A stretch of 64,000 nucleotides of DNA from a virus (taxonomy: Duplodnaviria; Caudoviricetes): IMG/VR virus record IMGVR_UViG_2600255093_000008, positions 1 through 64,000 of that record; one strand, given 5' to 3'. The position numbers were made by a program, and so were the translations under genes. Of the stretch, positions 18,771-28,732 are shown piece by piece; the first letter of the stretch is position 1; every line of letters starts with the position of its first letter. Under the pieces are notes generated by a model, which saw only the letters and a program-made list of their open reading frames with translations, made no database searches and was not told where the DNA came from.

Positions 18771-19163
18771 ATGCAGAAAGGCGGCACTTACAACACGAGG
18801 CTTACTTGGCTGAAAGGCACTCGCACCAAAGACGAGCAAGGGCAAGACGTGCGAACTCACACCGAGTACGGCAAACTCTGGTGCTCCGTGACGGAATCGA
18901 ACGGTCGCGATACTCAGGACTACGGAGCGAAGCAAACCGGTGCAGACTGCGACATCCGTGTTAAGAACTTTCCCGCACTCAGTACGGACGATCTTCTGCA
19001 GGACGAGAGCGGGACAGTCTACCACATCGAGAGCATGTACGCAGGGGATCGCGAATGGGTGCTTGCTGCGTACCGGAACGATGTGCTCAGCACCGATTAC
19101 ACGATCGTTCCGCCGGCTGGGATGCGTGGCGGATTCCGGGGACTACTTCTTTTAACTTCGTGA
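18771..19163 (+). CDS. Head closure/adaptor protein
   Basis: DEQGQDV...KLWCSV; position after connector. Confidence 0.75.
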   Translation: MQKGGTYNTRLTWLKGTRTKDEQGQDVRTHTEYGKLWCSVTESNGRDTQDYGAKQTGADCDIRVKNFPALSTDDLLQDESGTVYHIESMYAGDREWVLAAYRNDVLSTDYTIVPPAGMRGGFRGLLLLTS

Positions 19164-19172
19164 GGAGGGGCG

Positions 19173-19637
19173 TTGAAACTGAGACTTGGTGCGGTGTTTA
19201 CGTGGACTACCGACCCGAAAACGATTCTCGAAAAGCTCAGCAAAGGCTTGAAAACCAAGGCAATGCGGATCTCTTTGAATAAGGCTTCCGCGCCTGTGAA
19301 AGAGAAGATCGTCGCTGCCGCACCCAAGCGCTACGGGTTCTTAAAGAAAAGCATAAGAATCAGGCTGCAGAACTATCAGAACAAACAAGTCTGGGTTAGT
19401 GTGATCGGCGCTGCACGAAGTTTCACAAGAAGAAAAGGGAAGTTCAAACGCGGTAAGCGCAAAGGCGAACCACGCTTAAACAAGCCAAGTCAGTACATGC
19501 GGCTAGTCGATCAGGGCACGAAGCACATCAGAGGAAGGCACTTCATTCAGCGCTCATTCGGTCGCGCCTTCCGCCGCACTTTCATTCGGGAACTGTACCG
19601 GCAGGTGGATTTGTTGCTTCCGAAGAGGAGAAAGTGA
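19173..19637 (+). CDS. HK97 gp10-like neck protein
   Basis: APKRYGFLKKSI, YMRLVDQGTKHIRGRHFIQRSF. Confidence 0.8.
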   Translation: MKLRLGAVFTWTTDPKTILEKLSKGLKTKAMRISLNKASAPVKEKIVAAAPKRYGFLKKSIRIRLQNYQNKQVWVSVIGAARSFTRRKGKFKRGKRKGEPRLNKPSQYMRLVDQGTKHIRGRHFIQRSFGRAFRRTFIRELYRQVDLLLPKRRK

Positions 19638-19676
19638 ACGGTAGCCCCCTACATACAGGTAAACATAGGGGGATCA

Positions 19677-20072
19677 TTGCCAGTACTCGGAGTCACATCG
19701 AAACTAGAATATCAGGTGGGTAGTTCGTGGGTAGCCGTTCCGGGGTTGAAAACCGTGAACTTACCAGACATCGCGGTTACCAGCATCGATACGACACATT
19801 TGGGACTTTCAAATTTCTGCAAGACTTATGTTGCGGGCATGATCGACCACGGTTCGATCAATTTCACCTGCGAATTCAGTGAAAATACTTGGACTGTTTT
19901 CCACGGCATGCTACGCGATACCGGTTCATGGCGTGTGACAACCCCCGATGATGAAGAGGTGGTTTGCACCTTCGATGCGTTTTTCACATCCCTGCAAGCA
20001 CCGTTCGAGCCAGATGCAGAGGCATTGATTACAGCCAATCTGAAAATCAGTGGCAATGTGAGCATCGCCTAA
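19677..20072 (+). CDS. Major tail (tube) protein
   Basis: IDTTHLG...KTYVAGMIDHGSINFT...FDAFFTS...ANLKISG. Confidence 0.85.
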   Translation: MPVLGVTSKLEYQVGSSWVAVPGLKTVNLPDIAVTSIDTTHLGLSNFCKTYVAGMIDHGSINFTCEFSENTWTVFHGMLRDTGSWRVTTPDDEEVVCTFDAFFTSLQAPFEPDAEALITANLKISGNVSIA

Positions 20073-20437
20073 TGAACACGAAACAGAAACTTGCCGCGCT
20101 GAACGATGTTCGTGTGATTCCGTTCCCTGTTCCCGAATGGGGTGACGTTGGGAAGGGCTTGCACCTCCGCACGCTCAGCGGTCCGGAATGGACCACAGTT
20201 CTTTCTAAAATTAGCGAATGTCAGAAGCAGTCACGCGGACCGGATGTGTCGATTTGGTTGTGCCTGTTGTGCCTGTCTGAACCGGACGGCGCACGGATCT
20301 TCAGCGACGAAGACTACCCCATCCTCGCAGCGAAGAACGGTGCAACGCTCAGTTTCATCGCGAATGCGGCAGGCGTTCACGCGGGAATCTGGGGGGACTC
20401 CGAAGCAAAAAAGCCTTCACCGAAAGCCCGTGGGTGA
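20072..20437 (+). CDS. Tail assembly chaperone (G-like)
   Basis: VPEWG...LHLRTLSG...LSEPDGARIFSDED; TAATG overlap with the tail gene. Confidence 0.8.
   Translation: MNTKQKLAALNDVRVIPFPVPEWGDVGKGLHLRTLSGPEWTTVLSKISECQKQSRGPDVSIWLCLLCLSEPDGARIFSDEDYPILAAKNGATLSFIANAAGVHAGIWGDSEAKKPSPKARG
20407..20413 (+). promoter_or_regulatory. -1 programmed frameshift heptamer A AAA AAG joining the chaperone ORFs
   Basis: The -1 frame from this site reads KKAFTESPWVMLEMRL into the 20434-20745 ORF. Confidence 0.8.
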
Positions 20438-20745
20438 TGCTCGAAATGCGGTTGTGTCTAGCGCTGGGTTACAAGTCGCTGAGCCACTTCCGTTGTGAGT
20501 TCCCCTACCACGAAATGCCGTTGTGGTCGGAGTACATTCGCCGGGAAGGACTGCCCGAAACACGAATTGAAGCAGCGATTGCGATCGCGGGAAGTGCGAA
20601 TTGTCAGGTTCACGGCGCAAAGGTGCAGCCCAAAGACCTGATTCCCAAGTTCGGCGAAGCAAAAACGTTGAACGGAAAGGACGCCAGCGCCGCACTCAAG
20701 GCATGGGCGACAGCGAACCAAAGGAAGGAGCATGGCAGGCAGTAG
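20434..20745 (+). CDS. Tail assembly chaperone extension (T-like)
   Basis: -1 frame relative to the upstream chaperone; precedes tape measure. Confidence 0.75.
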   Translation: MMLEMRLCLALGYKSLSHFRCEFPYHEMPLWSEYIRREGLPETRIEAAIAIAGSANCQVHGAKVQPKDLIPKFGEAKTLNGKDASAALKAWATANQRKEHGRQ

Positions 20746-22078
20746 CATCGGAGAAGGTTCACTTGTTCTCACCGCGAACAGCACCGGACTCATTACCGGT
20801 CTGAAACAGGCTAATGCCAAACTCACTGAATTCTCGAAGACCGCAAAAGAAGCGACTGCCGCAATCGGTGGCGGTTCGTTCGGTGCGTTACTCGAAGGCG
20901 CTGGTAAATTCGGTGCGATCGGACTCGCTATTGCAGCGGCAATCGAGTTGGGGAAGAACCTCTCCGGCATCGTGACCCGAACGCAGATGTTCCACAATGA
21001 GTTAGAACGGGGCAAAGTGCTCGGTGACGCATGGTCGGAAACGGTCGGTCGCGGCATCGAGAAGATGCGGAAGGAACTCGAAGCGATTTCCGACATAAAG
21101 GGCACTCAGACCGGTATCGACCTGCAAAACAAGCAGTTGAAAACGCTGGAAGAGCAGTTAGTCAGTCTCGCTCCTCAATTGCAGAAAGCACGGGAAGAAG
21201 CGCTGAAGTGGCAGAGTGTTTGGAACAAAGACTCCAGCGTGATGCAGGCGTTCCTTATCGGTGAAAAGGAATCGGGGTTGAAGAAAGCCGAAGCGAACTT
21301 GGCTGAACTGGAGAAGGTTTACAAGCAGCGGTTCGAGGCGGCGCAGGAACTTCGCAAAGGTCTGCTTGAAATCGGTAACCCTTCCGAATCGATCGAAGCA
21401 ACTAAGGCGATCAGACTCTTCATTCAAGAGATGGAAGACGGGGTTAAATCCCTGACTGAAAATCCCGACATTATGAAATTGGAGAAAATCCAGCAGGCTT
21501 TTGGGTTTTCAAACGCGGACATCGGCGAGGCACGACTTGCTGCCATCAACAAAGAAATTGCGATAGCGAATGACGAGTTAGAGAAATTCGTCAAATCGCA
21601 GTACAACTCAGACCGCAACTCAGATGTGACGGCGTTGGAAGACTTGGCTGAGCAGTACAAGTTCACAGCGGAGCAGATCCAAACTGCGACTGACGCTATC
21701 AACGCTAAGAACAGTCGCGAGGCTCAGCGCTGGATACACGACCTGAGCCAAGAACTTGGATTACTTGCTGGACAGTACAAACAAACGGCAGAAGAGATCA
21801 AGCTTCAGGAACTGGTGGAAAAAGGCGTGGAGCAAAAGCACATCGATCGGCTTCGCAAATTAATTGATTTCAAAAAGGCGGTCGAAGCGCCGTACAACCC
21901 TTTGAAGTCGATTCAGGCGGGCAATGGAGCGGACTTCGAGCTTCGCAACCGCATCAAATTCGACGAAGACAAGCGTTCCGGAATGAATCAGGAACGATTA
22001 CTGAAGGACATGCTGCAACAATTAATCAAACTAAACATCGGTCTTTCGGCGCTCGATCGCGATGCGCCTGAGATCTAA
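20732..22078 (+). CDS. Tape measure protein (448 aa)
   Basis: SIGEGSLVLTANSTGL N-terminus, helical Ala/Glu/Lys-rich; position. Confidence 0.85.
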   Translation: MAGSSIGEGSLVLTANSTGLITGLKQANAKLTEFSKTAKEATAAIGGGSFGALLEGAGKFGAIGLAIAAAIELGKNLSGIVTRTQMFHNELERGKVLGDAWSETVGRGIEKMRKELEAISDIKGTQTGIDLQNKQLKTLEEQLVSLAPQLQKAREEALKWQSVWNKDSSVMQAFLIGEKESGLKKAEANLAELEKVYKQRFEAAQELRKGLLEIGNPSESIEATKAIRLFIQEMEDGVKSLTENPDIMKLEKIQQAFGFSNADIGEARLAAINKEIAIANDELEKFVKSQYNSDRNSDVTALEDLAEQYKFTAEQIQTATDAINAKNSREAQRWIHDLSQELGLLAGQYKQTAEEIKLQELVEKGVEQKHIDRLRKLIDFKKAVEAPYNPLKSIQAGNGADFELRNRIKFDEDKRSGMNQERLLKDMLQQLIKLNIGLSALDRDAPEI

Positions 22079-22086
22079 GGGGAGCG

Positions 22087-23025
22087 TTGGCGACTTATGT
22101 AGAGATTCCCGGTGGAGACGCATCGACCGACAAAGACGGCATTCGCACCTATCAGCGAACCTTTCGCGTTTACGGGCTTGACCCGAATCTGCGCCCGTCC
22201 TTTGGCATTTTAACAGTTCCGATCAATCGGTTTGATCCACATCCAGACGACAGCGGCGCTTTGGCAGTCGGCGTGTCTTCTGCTTTCGTGAACGGCGAAT
22301 TGGGCGTTCAGGATGTCACCTACTCGTACACCTCGCGCCCGTTCGATGCCGGAATCGGCGAAGATGTCGAGACTGGCGGACCAGGAGGGGGCGAGTTAAG
22401 CCCTGGTGCGACTGATCCGACCGCGAACAACAACCCGCTGAACCGTCCACCCACAATTAAATTCAGTCAAAACACCGTTCAAGTTCCGTTTGTCAAAGAT
22501 TACAACCCCGCTGGCGCCAAGCCAGTTCGTAATTCAGCGGGCGTTCCCTTCGAGGGGGAAACCGTCGATGAAATCACCAGCATAATCACGATTAGTTTTA
22601 ACAAAGGTGTACTTGACGTATCGGACCGTCAGCAAACCTACTGTGGCTGCTGTAACGATGCCTCGTTCTCGATTTGCAATGCGTTCCCCACTTCGTTCCC
22701 CGCGTACACCCTTCGCTGCAATGCGTGGACGGGAACAATCCAGTTCGAGGAGGGGATTTGGTACACAGCGTGCGAAATCGAACTGGAGTACAACCGGCAC
22801 ACCTGGACACGCCGATTACTCGATGTGGGTTACACCTACTTGGACGGTACGGTAGACATTTTGGGCAGACCGATTTTAAAGCGTTTCCTGGATCAGAGCA
22901 CCGGCGCGCCAGTCGATCACCCCATGTACTTGAACGGTGCTGGTGCTCCGAATCCCCCGCTCTCTGCACCAGTTCCGCTGACCTTCTACCCGCACCCCCA
23001 AGTATCGTTTGCGAGTATTTTCTAA
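22087..23025 (+). CDS. Tail protein downstream of TMP (distal tail-like)
   Basis: RTYQRTF, NSAGVPF, WTRRLLDVGY; position. Confidence 0.7.
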   Translation: MATYVEIPGGDASTDKDGIRTYQRTFRVYGLDPNLRPSFGILTVPINRFDPHPDDSGALAVGVSSAFVNGELGVQDVTYSYTSRPFDAGIGEDVETGGPGGGELSPGATDPTANNNPLNRPPTIKFSQNTVQVPFVKDYNPAGAKPVRNSAGVPFEGETVDEITSIITISFNKGVLDVSDRQQTYCGCCNDASFSICNAFPTSFPAYTLRCNAWTGTIQFEEGIWYTACEIELEYNRHTWTRRLLDVGYTYLDGTVDILGRPILKRFLDQSTGAPVDHPMYLNGAGAPNPPLSAPVPLTFYPHPQVSFASIF

Positions 23026-23040
23026 AAACAAAGAGGACCA

Positions 23041-24354
23041 TTGGGCTTTGAACTTTCAAAACGAACCGCGAACAAAGTGAAAGCGCTGCTGGGAAGGAGC
23101 GAACCGCTACCGGTCAACCCGACCACGAACAGCACACGCAACTGGGACTGCTTCCTCGAAGTGACCGGCGACGAGATTCACTCAGGCTTCTACCCGTGCA
23201 TCTGCGTGCAATACAAATCGAACACCGACACTTGGGAAGAGTACAGCGGCAGTTGCGTTGCCTTTGATTGCAACGGATTAGCCCTCGAAGTGGGGAAGCG
23301 TTACCGTGCGCTACATGTCGGGATCAACTATGTGTCGGAAGGCGGAAGCGGAAGCGGTTCGGGCAGTGGTGGCGGTAGCGGTGTGGTGAATCAGGTGTTC
23401 GTGGTTCAGGAGGCAACGGCAGGCGGCACAACTGCAACCACGCTAAAAGACTCAGTTCGGCTCGTCGCAATCGCAGCACTCCCAGCAAACACCTACAGCA
23501 ACGGTTCAAGCGGTGTCGGTGCGACACTATCCGCAACCGCGAATGGTGCGTTCCCCGTCGTTGACGGTTACAGCACCTTCCTCAATGACGAGATTTTGGT
23601 GACTGCCGAGAGTACTGCTTCCCGAAACGGGATTTACAAAATCACCGACGCCGGAAGTGTGAGCACACCTTGGGTACTCACTCGCCGATCAGATATGGAC
23701 GAGACGGGGGAATTCGTGGGTGCGCTCGTCCCCGTTCGCCTGGGCACGCTCGGCACGAACACGGTTTGGTTTTGCACTAACTACACCCCGCCAACCGTCG
23801 GGAGCACGAGCATAAGTTTCAGAAGGATTTCGGGCGACATCTACGGTCCGTCAACCGCAACGACAGACACGGCAATTGCTGTCTGGGATGGAACAAGCGG
23901 ACGGCTGCTGAAGAACACCAATTACACGGTCGGGGCGAATATAAATTCGATATTCAACGCTCAGGACGGCAATCCTTCGTTCTCAGCCGGTCAGGGCTTC
24001 CTTGCGGTCCGTTTGAACGATGTTCTGACGGGAACGCTGCTCACAGATACTTGCTCGATTGGTGCGGGCGGAACGGGCGGAAGCGGACCGGGCTTGTCCT
24101 TCTCGCATGTCGGCGGCACAACCCTCAGCATCAAAAACTACCTCTCCGAAATTCACGCCAGCACGATCTACAACGGTGGGTTCGTGCTGAACGCGACCGG
24201 CAACCATACTTCCACTCAAAAATACTCGATAATTCGTTACAACACAGGAATTTCAACACGGTCAGACGGAATAGACGGGAGTTGCACCGTAAAAGTAGGC
24301 GGGGTGGACAAGACTCTTACTTTCGTAGGTGGGATCGTTACGGGACTTTCTTAA
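23041..24354 (+). CDS. Tail tip/fibre protein
   Basis: GSGSGSGSGGGSG linker, NGIYKIT...WVLTRRSDMD fibre-type domain. Confidence 0.75.
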   Translation: MGFELSKRTANKVKALLGRSEPLPVNPTTNSTRNWDCFLEVTGDEIHSGFYPCICVQYKSNTDTWEEYSGSCVAFDCNGLALEVGKRYRALHVGINYVSEGGSGSGSGSGGGSGVVNQVFVVQEATAGGTTATTLKDSVRLVAIAALPANTYSNGSSGVGATLSATANGAFPVVDGYSTFLNDEILVTAESTASRNGIYKITDAGSVSTPWVLTRRSDMDETGEFVGALVPVRLGTLGTNTVWFCTNYTPPTVGSTSISFRRISGDIYGPSTATTDTAIAVWDGTSGRLLKNTNYTVGANINSIFNAQDGNPSFSAGQGFLAVRLNDVLTGTLLTDTCSIGAGGTGGSGPGLSFSHVGGTTLSIKNYLSEIHASTIYNGGFVLNATGNHTSTQKYSIIRYNTGISTRSDGIDGSCTVKVGGVDKTLTFVGGIVTGLS

Positions 24355-24365
24355 AAGAAGGAAAT

Positions 24366-24986
24366 TTGCACTACCTAATTAATTTAAAGAAGAGACCTGA
24401 TCGACTGGCAGAATCACTCGAAGAGTGCCGCAAGGTCGGTATTACTCCGACCGTGTTCGAGGCGGTAGATGGTAGCACCCAAGTGATACCGCCCGAATGG
24501 AAGGAAGGGGCTGGCGCTTGGGGATGTCGTCTCAGTCACATGTCCGTTTTGGCTGACGCAATCGAGAAGGGTTACAATTGCGTTACAATTCTCGAAGACG
24601 ACGTGACTTTCGTTCCTGACTTTCAGAAGAAACTGGCTGCCTTCATCGATTCAGTTCCCGACTACTGGCAAGCCGCCTTCCTTGGTGGACAGCACTGCGG
24701 TGCTCCCGAATATGTTTCAGAAAGCGTTTCTCGCTGCCTTTGCTGCCACCGAACACACGCAATCATGGTGCGAGGTGAGTTCATTCACCAGTTGCATTCG
24801 ATCTACGCTGCGAGCACCGGACACATTGACTGGGCTTTCGCCCACGCCCAAAAGGATTACCGCGTTTACGCTCCGACGAGTTGGCTTGTGGGGCAGCGAT
24901 CTTCGACCAGCGACATTACTGGAATGAGCACCGTATCCGATCGGTGGTGGATGCCCCGTAGGGCACTCGCAAAGAAGGTGCGGTGA
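24366..24986 (+). CDS. Glycosyltransferase family 25-like
   Basis: YLINLKKRPDR, FEAVDG, GCRLSH, ILEDD; TTG start with GAAGGA RBS (the ORF-track start is too far upstream). Confidence 0.88.
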   Translation: MHYLINLKKRPDRLAESLEECRKVGITPTVFEAVDGSTQVIPPEWKEGAGAWGCRLSHMSVLADAIEKGYNCVTILEDDVTFVPDFQKKLAAFIDSVPDYWQAAFLGGQHCGAPEYVSESVSRCLCCHRTHAIMVRGEFIHQLHSIYAASTGHIDWAFAHAQKDYRVYAPTSWLVGQRSSTSDITGMSTVSDRWWMPRRALAKKVR

Positions 24987-25684
24987 GTAATAAAGACCTC
25001 AGCGTGGTATTCCCTTCGAGGGAGCGCCTGCCCCTCTTGTTTGATTGCCTTTCGAGCATCGCAGAGAACACCACCGACCTCACGCGAATCGAAGTGCTGG
25101 TAGCGATCGACAGCGACGACAAAAAGACGGTGCAGGCAGCCCCTTCGCTGGAGCAGCAGTTTCCGTTCGTAAAGTTCTTCGTTGGGGAACGGAAGAACAA
25201 TTTAAGCGAGGGCTACTACTCTCCTCTAGCGATCCATTCCACGGGGGGCTGGGTTCAGCTTTTTAACGACGACGCGCAGATGGTTACGAAGGGCTGGAAC
25301 GTCGCAGCCCTCGAGGTACTGAATAGTTTTCAGGAAGAGCATCCGGACGGCATCCTGTTGGGTTGTCCCCACGACGATACCGGCTGTGCGTATTCGTGTT
25401 TTCCCGTGCTTTCGCGTCAAGCAATTTTGGCGTTGGGGCACGCGATCAACCCGGCATTCGGTTCGTGGGGCGGGGATGTCCAGCTAGACATGGTGTTCAC
25501 GACTTTAGGGCGCAAAGTGCCATTGCAGTACTCGATTTCTCACAAGTGCCCACACAACCGGACCAGGGGCAGAGATCGAGTGCAAGCGAGGATGCCAAGG
25601 CTGACCCGTGGTTATCCCTACCAAGAAACCGTGAAAAAAGATGTGGAGCGCCTACGCAAAATTATCGGCGAGAGCACTAGATAG
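24983..25684 (+). CDS. Glycosyltransferase family 2-like
   Basis: SVVFPSRER...IEVLVAIDSDD...QLFNDD. Confidence 0.8.
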   Translation: MSNKDLSVVFPSRERLPLLFDCLSSIAENTTDLTRIEVLVAIDSDDKKTVQAAPSLEQQFPFVKFFVGERKNNLSEGYYSPLAIHSTGGWVQLFNDDAQMVTKGWNVAALEVLNSFQEEHPDGILLGCPHDDTGCAYSCFPVLSRQAILALGHAINPAFGSWGGDVQLDMVFTTLGRKVPLQYSISHKCPHNRTRGRDRVQARMPRLTRGYPYQETVKKDVERLRKIIGESTR

Positions 25685-25715
25685 TTTGGTCATTTTCATT
25701 TCTGTTATTCTCTCT

Positions 25716-25748
25716 GCCCGGGGACTCGTTGTTCCCGGGCTATTTTTT
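25716..25748 (+). terminator. Intrinsic terminator ending the prophage A late operon
   Basis: GCCCGGG...CCCGGGC stem followed by TATTTTTT. Confidence 0.75.
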
Positions 25749-25839
25749 GCAGTAGTTGCAGCACCGCCCCATCCGACCTTTTCAAGATTCAGAGAATTCG
25801 CTCGAATAACAGAGTGAACTCCAACTGGAGGACTTCTCA

Positions 25840-26463
25840 GTGTCGAATCGCCTTTTGTACGGCGTTATTGCAGTCGGTTCGTTGCTTCTTATCGCGGTTG
25901 TCACAGTTGCCGTTCTTGTGCCTGGAGATTCGGTTACGCGGTCGCTTATCGTTGTCGGCTACTTAATTGGATTTGCGAAGACGGCGTATGACATCTGGGA
26001 TAAGGAGCGTGAACGAGGGAAAAAAGCAGAAGACAGCAAAGAAAAGGTGCAAGCAACTGCCATTTGCAGAGACCATCCCAATGACAGTGATGAGATAAAC
26101 ATTGGCACAGAAATATACAACCAGGGGGCATTTGTAAATATACGAAGTGTAACGCTTACCGCTAGGAGCAGCACAGGCGTTGTGAACGAATTCAGTCTCG
26201 TCACAAACGAACGAGAAGTGAAAACTGACGACTTTGTTTATGAGAGCCAGTTTGATAAAGGTGCAAAAATAGATCCAAAGCACAATGTTCGCTTTTTCCT
26301 GAATGGCAAAACTCCTTCCTGGGGTTATTTTACCAGCTTACCTCCTGAAAATCTGTGGATATCAGTGCTCTCGTTTAATGGCGAAGTGGCAAGGATTACT
26401 GGTGATCAAATTCATAAGGCAATTAACCACTTTCTAGAGAAGAAAAACATGAGATATGCCTAA
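25840..26463 (+). CDS. AT-rich moron membrane protein
   Basis: Two N-terminal TM segments; GGAGGA RBS. Confidence 0.65.
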   Translation: MSNRLLYGVIAVGSLLLIAVVTVAVLVPGDSVTRSLIVVGYLIGFAKTAYDIWDKERERGKKAEDSKEKVQATAICRDHPNDSDEINIGTEIYNQGAFVNIRSVTLTARSSTGVVNEFSLVTNEREVKTDDFVYESQFDKGAKIDPKHNVRFFLNGKTPSWGYFTSLPPENLWISVLSFNGEVARITGDQIHKAINHFLEKKNMRYA

Positions 26464-26554
26464 ATATCGTGCCGCTTCATCAGCGGTTATTCTCTCGAAA
26501 GCACAGCAGCCGGCAAAGAGTCGGCTGCTTGCAATTCAGGGATTATTATAATGA

Positions 26555-26845
26555 CTACCGCCTTTTCAGATCACGCAAGCCAAGGCTAAAATAGAAATCA
26601 GGCGGAAGATCAACAACTATCCAATACATCTCGCTTATGCAAACAGTGCATCTTACATATGGCAGGCTTTCGCCATCAAACAGTTGAGACATCGCAACCA
26701 TATACCACTCTTTGTCATCGAGTTTGCCCGTGTCCATTTTCAACTGGTATTCGAGTTTCCATTTTTCCGCCTCTTTCACGCAAGTTTCCAGTTGCGCTCG
26801 GGTTAAATAGCGAACCTTAGTCCCTGCCACTTTCGGATCGTCCAT
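26555..26845 (-). CDS. Hypothetical moron protein
   Basis: AGGGGAG RBS before ATG 26845. Confidence 0.55.
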   Translation of the reverse strand: MDDPKVAGTKVRYLTRAQLETCVKEAEKWKLEYQLKMDTGKLDDKEWYMVAMSQLFDGESLPYVRCTVCISEMYWIVVDLPPDFYFSLGLRDLKRR

Positions 26846-27046
26846 CGAATCACTCCCCTGGTAGAGCCAAAATACAACTATTCGACACATTAATATAATA
26901 CCATGCAATTCCTACTATTGTCAAGTTTACAATTGCATTTCTCATTTTATGAAAGCTAATTCTTTCATAAGGACAAAGCTGTCCAGTTTGCTGCCCGAAG
27001 CCGGGTATATAGCGCTGCCTCGAATTACAAATAAAAAGGAATTCCC

Positions 27047-27346
27047 TTGGAAAACATCGATTTCAGTGACGCCACTCGGTGGCATTTGAGCCAGAGTGCC
27101 ACCAGTTACGTGACAAAAGGAAGTGGACTGGTCGCGTGCATCTTCAGTTCAAAAAGACCAGAAAAGAGCAAATTCGGCGCGTGGGTCAAAGTGGACGGGA
27201 TCGGCAATCGAGACGCGGCCCCGCTCTACCTCGCGTGGTGTCAGTCGCTCCGCGAAGCGATGCTTGAGATGGAAGTGGCGCGGCACAAGTTTTTGGCAGG
27301 AAAATTCGGGACAGCGGGCGAGCGAGAGGGGGAGAGCGAAGGGTGA
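27047..27346 (+). CDS. Hypothetical protein
   Basis: AAGGA RBS, TTG start. Confidence 0.5.
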   Translation: MENIDFSDATRWHLSQSATSYVTKGSGLVACIFSSKRPEKSKFGAWVKVDGIGNRDAAPLYLAWCQSLREAMLEMEVARHKFLAGKFGTAGEREGESEG

Positions 27347-27874
27347 GGGGGGCGAGCACACGACCACGCACAAGTTAACTCGAATTTTTCGCACTTCGTG
27401 CACTAAAGCCGTAAGCACTGGTGGAATTTCTGCAAACTATAAAAATTGGTCGAGCTGGCGGAAATCGCACAGAATTGCGTGCGCAGCACGAACAGGGTGG
27501 AACGGCACAAACTACCGTTTAACCTGCCGTTCGTGGCGTAGCGATTAATTAAATAAATAACAGGCGGTACGGAGCAAGTAACTGGCAGTTCGACCCGTTC
27601 CACAAGCACGAAAATAACTGGCAGCAAACTTTAGTGCGGAAAGTACAGACTGCCCCTCTGCCTTTGGTTTGGCAGGAAGCGTAGCGTTAGTTTGGAATCC
27701 GATCCGCCGCAGGCGGTGAGGATTTTGCCGAACGCAGTGAGGCATCACCACCGCAAGTTAACAAATATTATACTGGTCAATTTGGTCTAGAGGTAGAATT
27801 GCACTTCTGTTAGAATCGCAAAAACAATTAACTTAAGTTAACTCTTGTTAATTTAGGATCATGCAAGAACTTTT

Positions 27875-27939
27875 TTATCACAGTCGTCGGCACGACGACT
27901 GTGATAACCACCTTGTGCCCAAAGCGGCACAAGGTGGTT
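27875..27939. repeat. Two abutting perfect inverted repeats (14-bp and 13-bp stems)
   Basis: TTATCACAGTCGTC-ggcac-GACGACTGTGATAA then ACCACCTTGTGCC-caaagc-GGCACAAGGTGGT. Confidence 0.85.
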
Positions 27940-28083
27940 GCTCTCAACTTAATGAACTCAAATGAACTAAAATACTAGTGTTCGATTTGGATCATTTTTC
28001 GAGGGGTGTATGGATCGTTCTGCGTACCAACTCGTGTACCAAACGGGGATCGCTTTTGGATCATTTTTCGAGGAAATTTATAG

Positions 28084-28656
28084 ATGCGAAATGACAATTT
28101 TCACCAAATTAAATGCCCATCACTGAACTACATTTGCCCTCTGGATTGGCGTGCAAGTTTGGTTTACGGCGTGTGTCTCTGGCACTCACCTAAAACAATG
28201 TTGGAACTATCGGAACTTACCGGATTCCACCGCAGCCGTGACTTGCCCACATCGATCTCGATTTTGGCAAAGCACCAACTCGTTGACTCCGACACCTTGC
28301 GTGCAAACCTACCCAATGCCGAACTGGGCTGGTTCAAGTTTTGGGAGAAAACTCAGGATCGCATCCCCCTAGCGTTCCGTTTTATCGGGGTGCGGTCGGA
28401 TGCCTGCCCGCTGACTCCTTACCAAAATATGATCTACTGGACGATGGTATCTTTAGGAAAGCAACTGGCAAAGTATGGCGTTTCCGGGTTGGCGACGATC
28501 GCTCATGTTCCGCGCCCGAGTCTGAGCGTGGCGCTTGATGAACTTAAGGAAAAGGGCTGCCTGGGCGAGAAGAAATTCACTATGAATCGCCCCGAAAATT
28601 TGGCGGACTGGTGGAAACCCGCCCCGACCACTGATTTGGCAGCGTACTGGGACTGA
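28084..28656 (+). CDS. Putative double winged-helix DNA-binding/replication protein
   Basis: TMLELSELTGFHRSR and GVSGLATIAHVPRPSLSVALDELKEKG HTH-like segments. Confidence 0.5.
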   Translation: MRNDNFHQIKCPSLNYICPLDWRASLVYGVCLWHSPKTMLELSELTGFHRSRDLPTSISILAKHQLVDSDTLRANLPNAELGWFKFWEKTQDRIPLAFRFIGVRSDACPLTPYQNMIYWTMVSLGKQLAKYGVSGLATIAHVPRPSLSVALDELKEKGCLGEKKFTMNRPENLADWWKPAPTTDLAAYWD

Positions 28657-28732
28657 CCTTCGAGTTGCCAAAGAAGGAGCACACGGGAATTCGTTCCGTG
28701 TGCTCTGGGCTGTTGCCCAATGCGGTGGTGTT

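Noticed and set aside
24051-24365. N-terminal 105 aa of the GT25 ORF as listed
   Set aside because: Overlaps the tail-tip gene out of frame; the real start is probably TTG 24366 with an RBS
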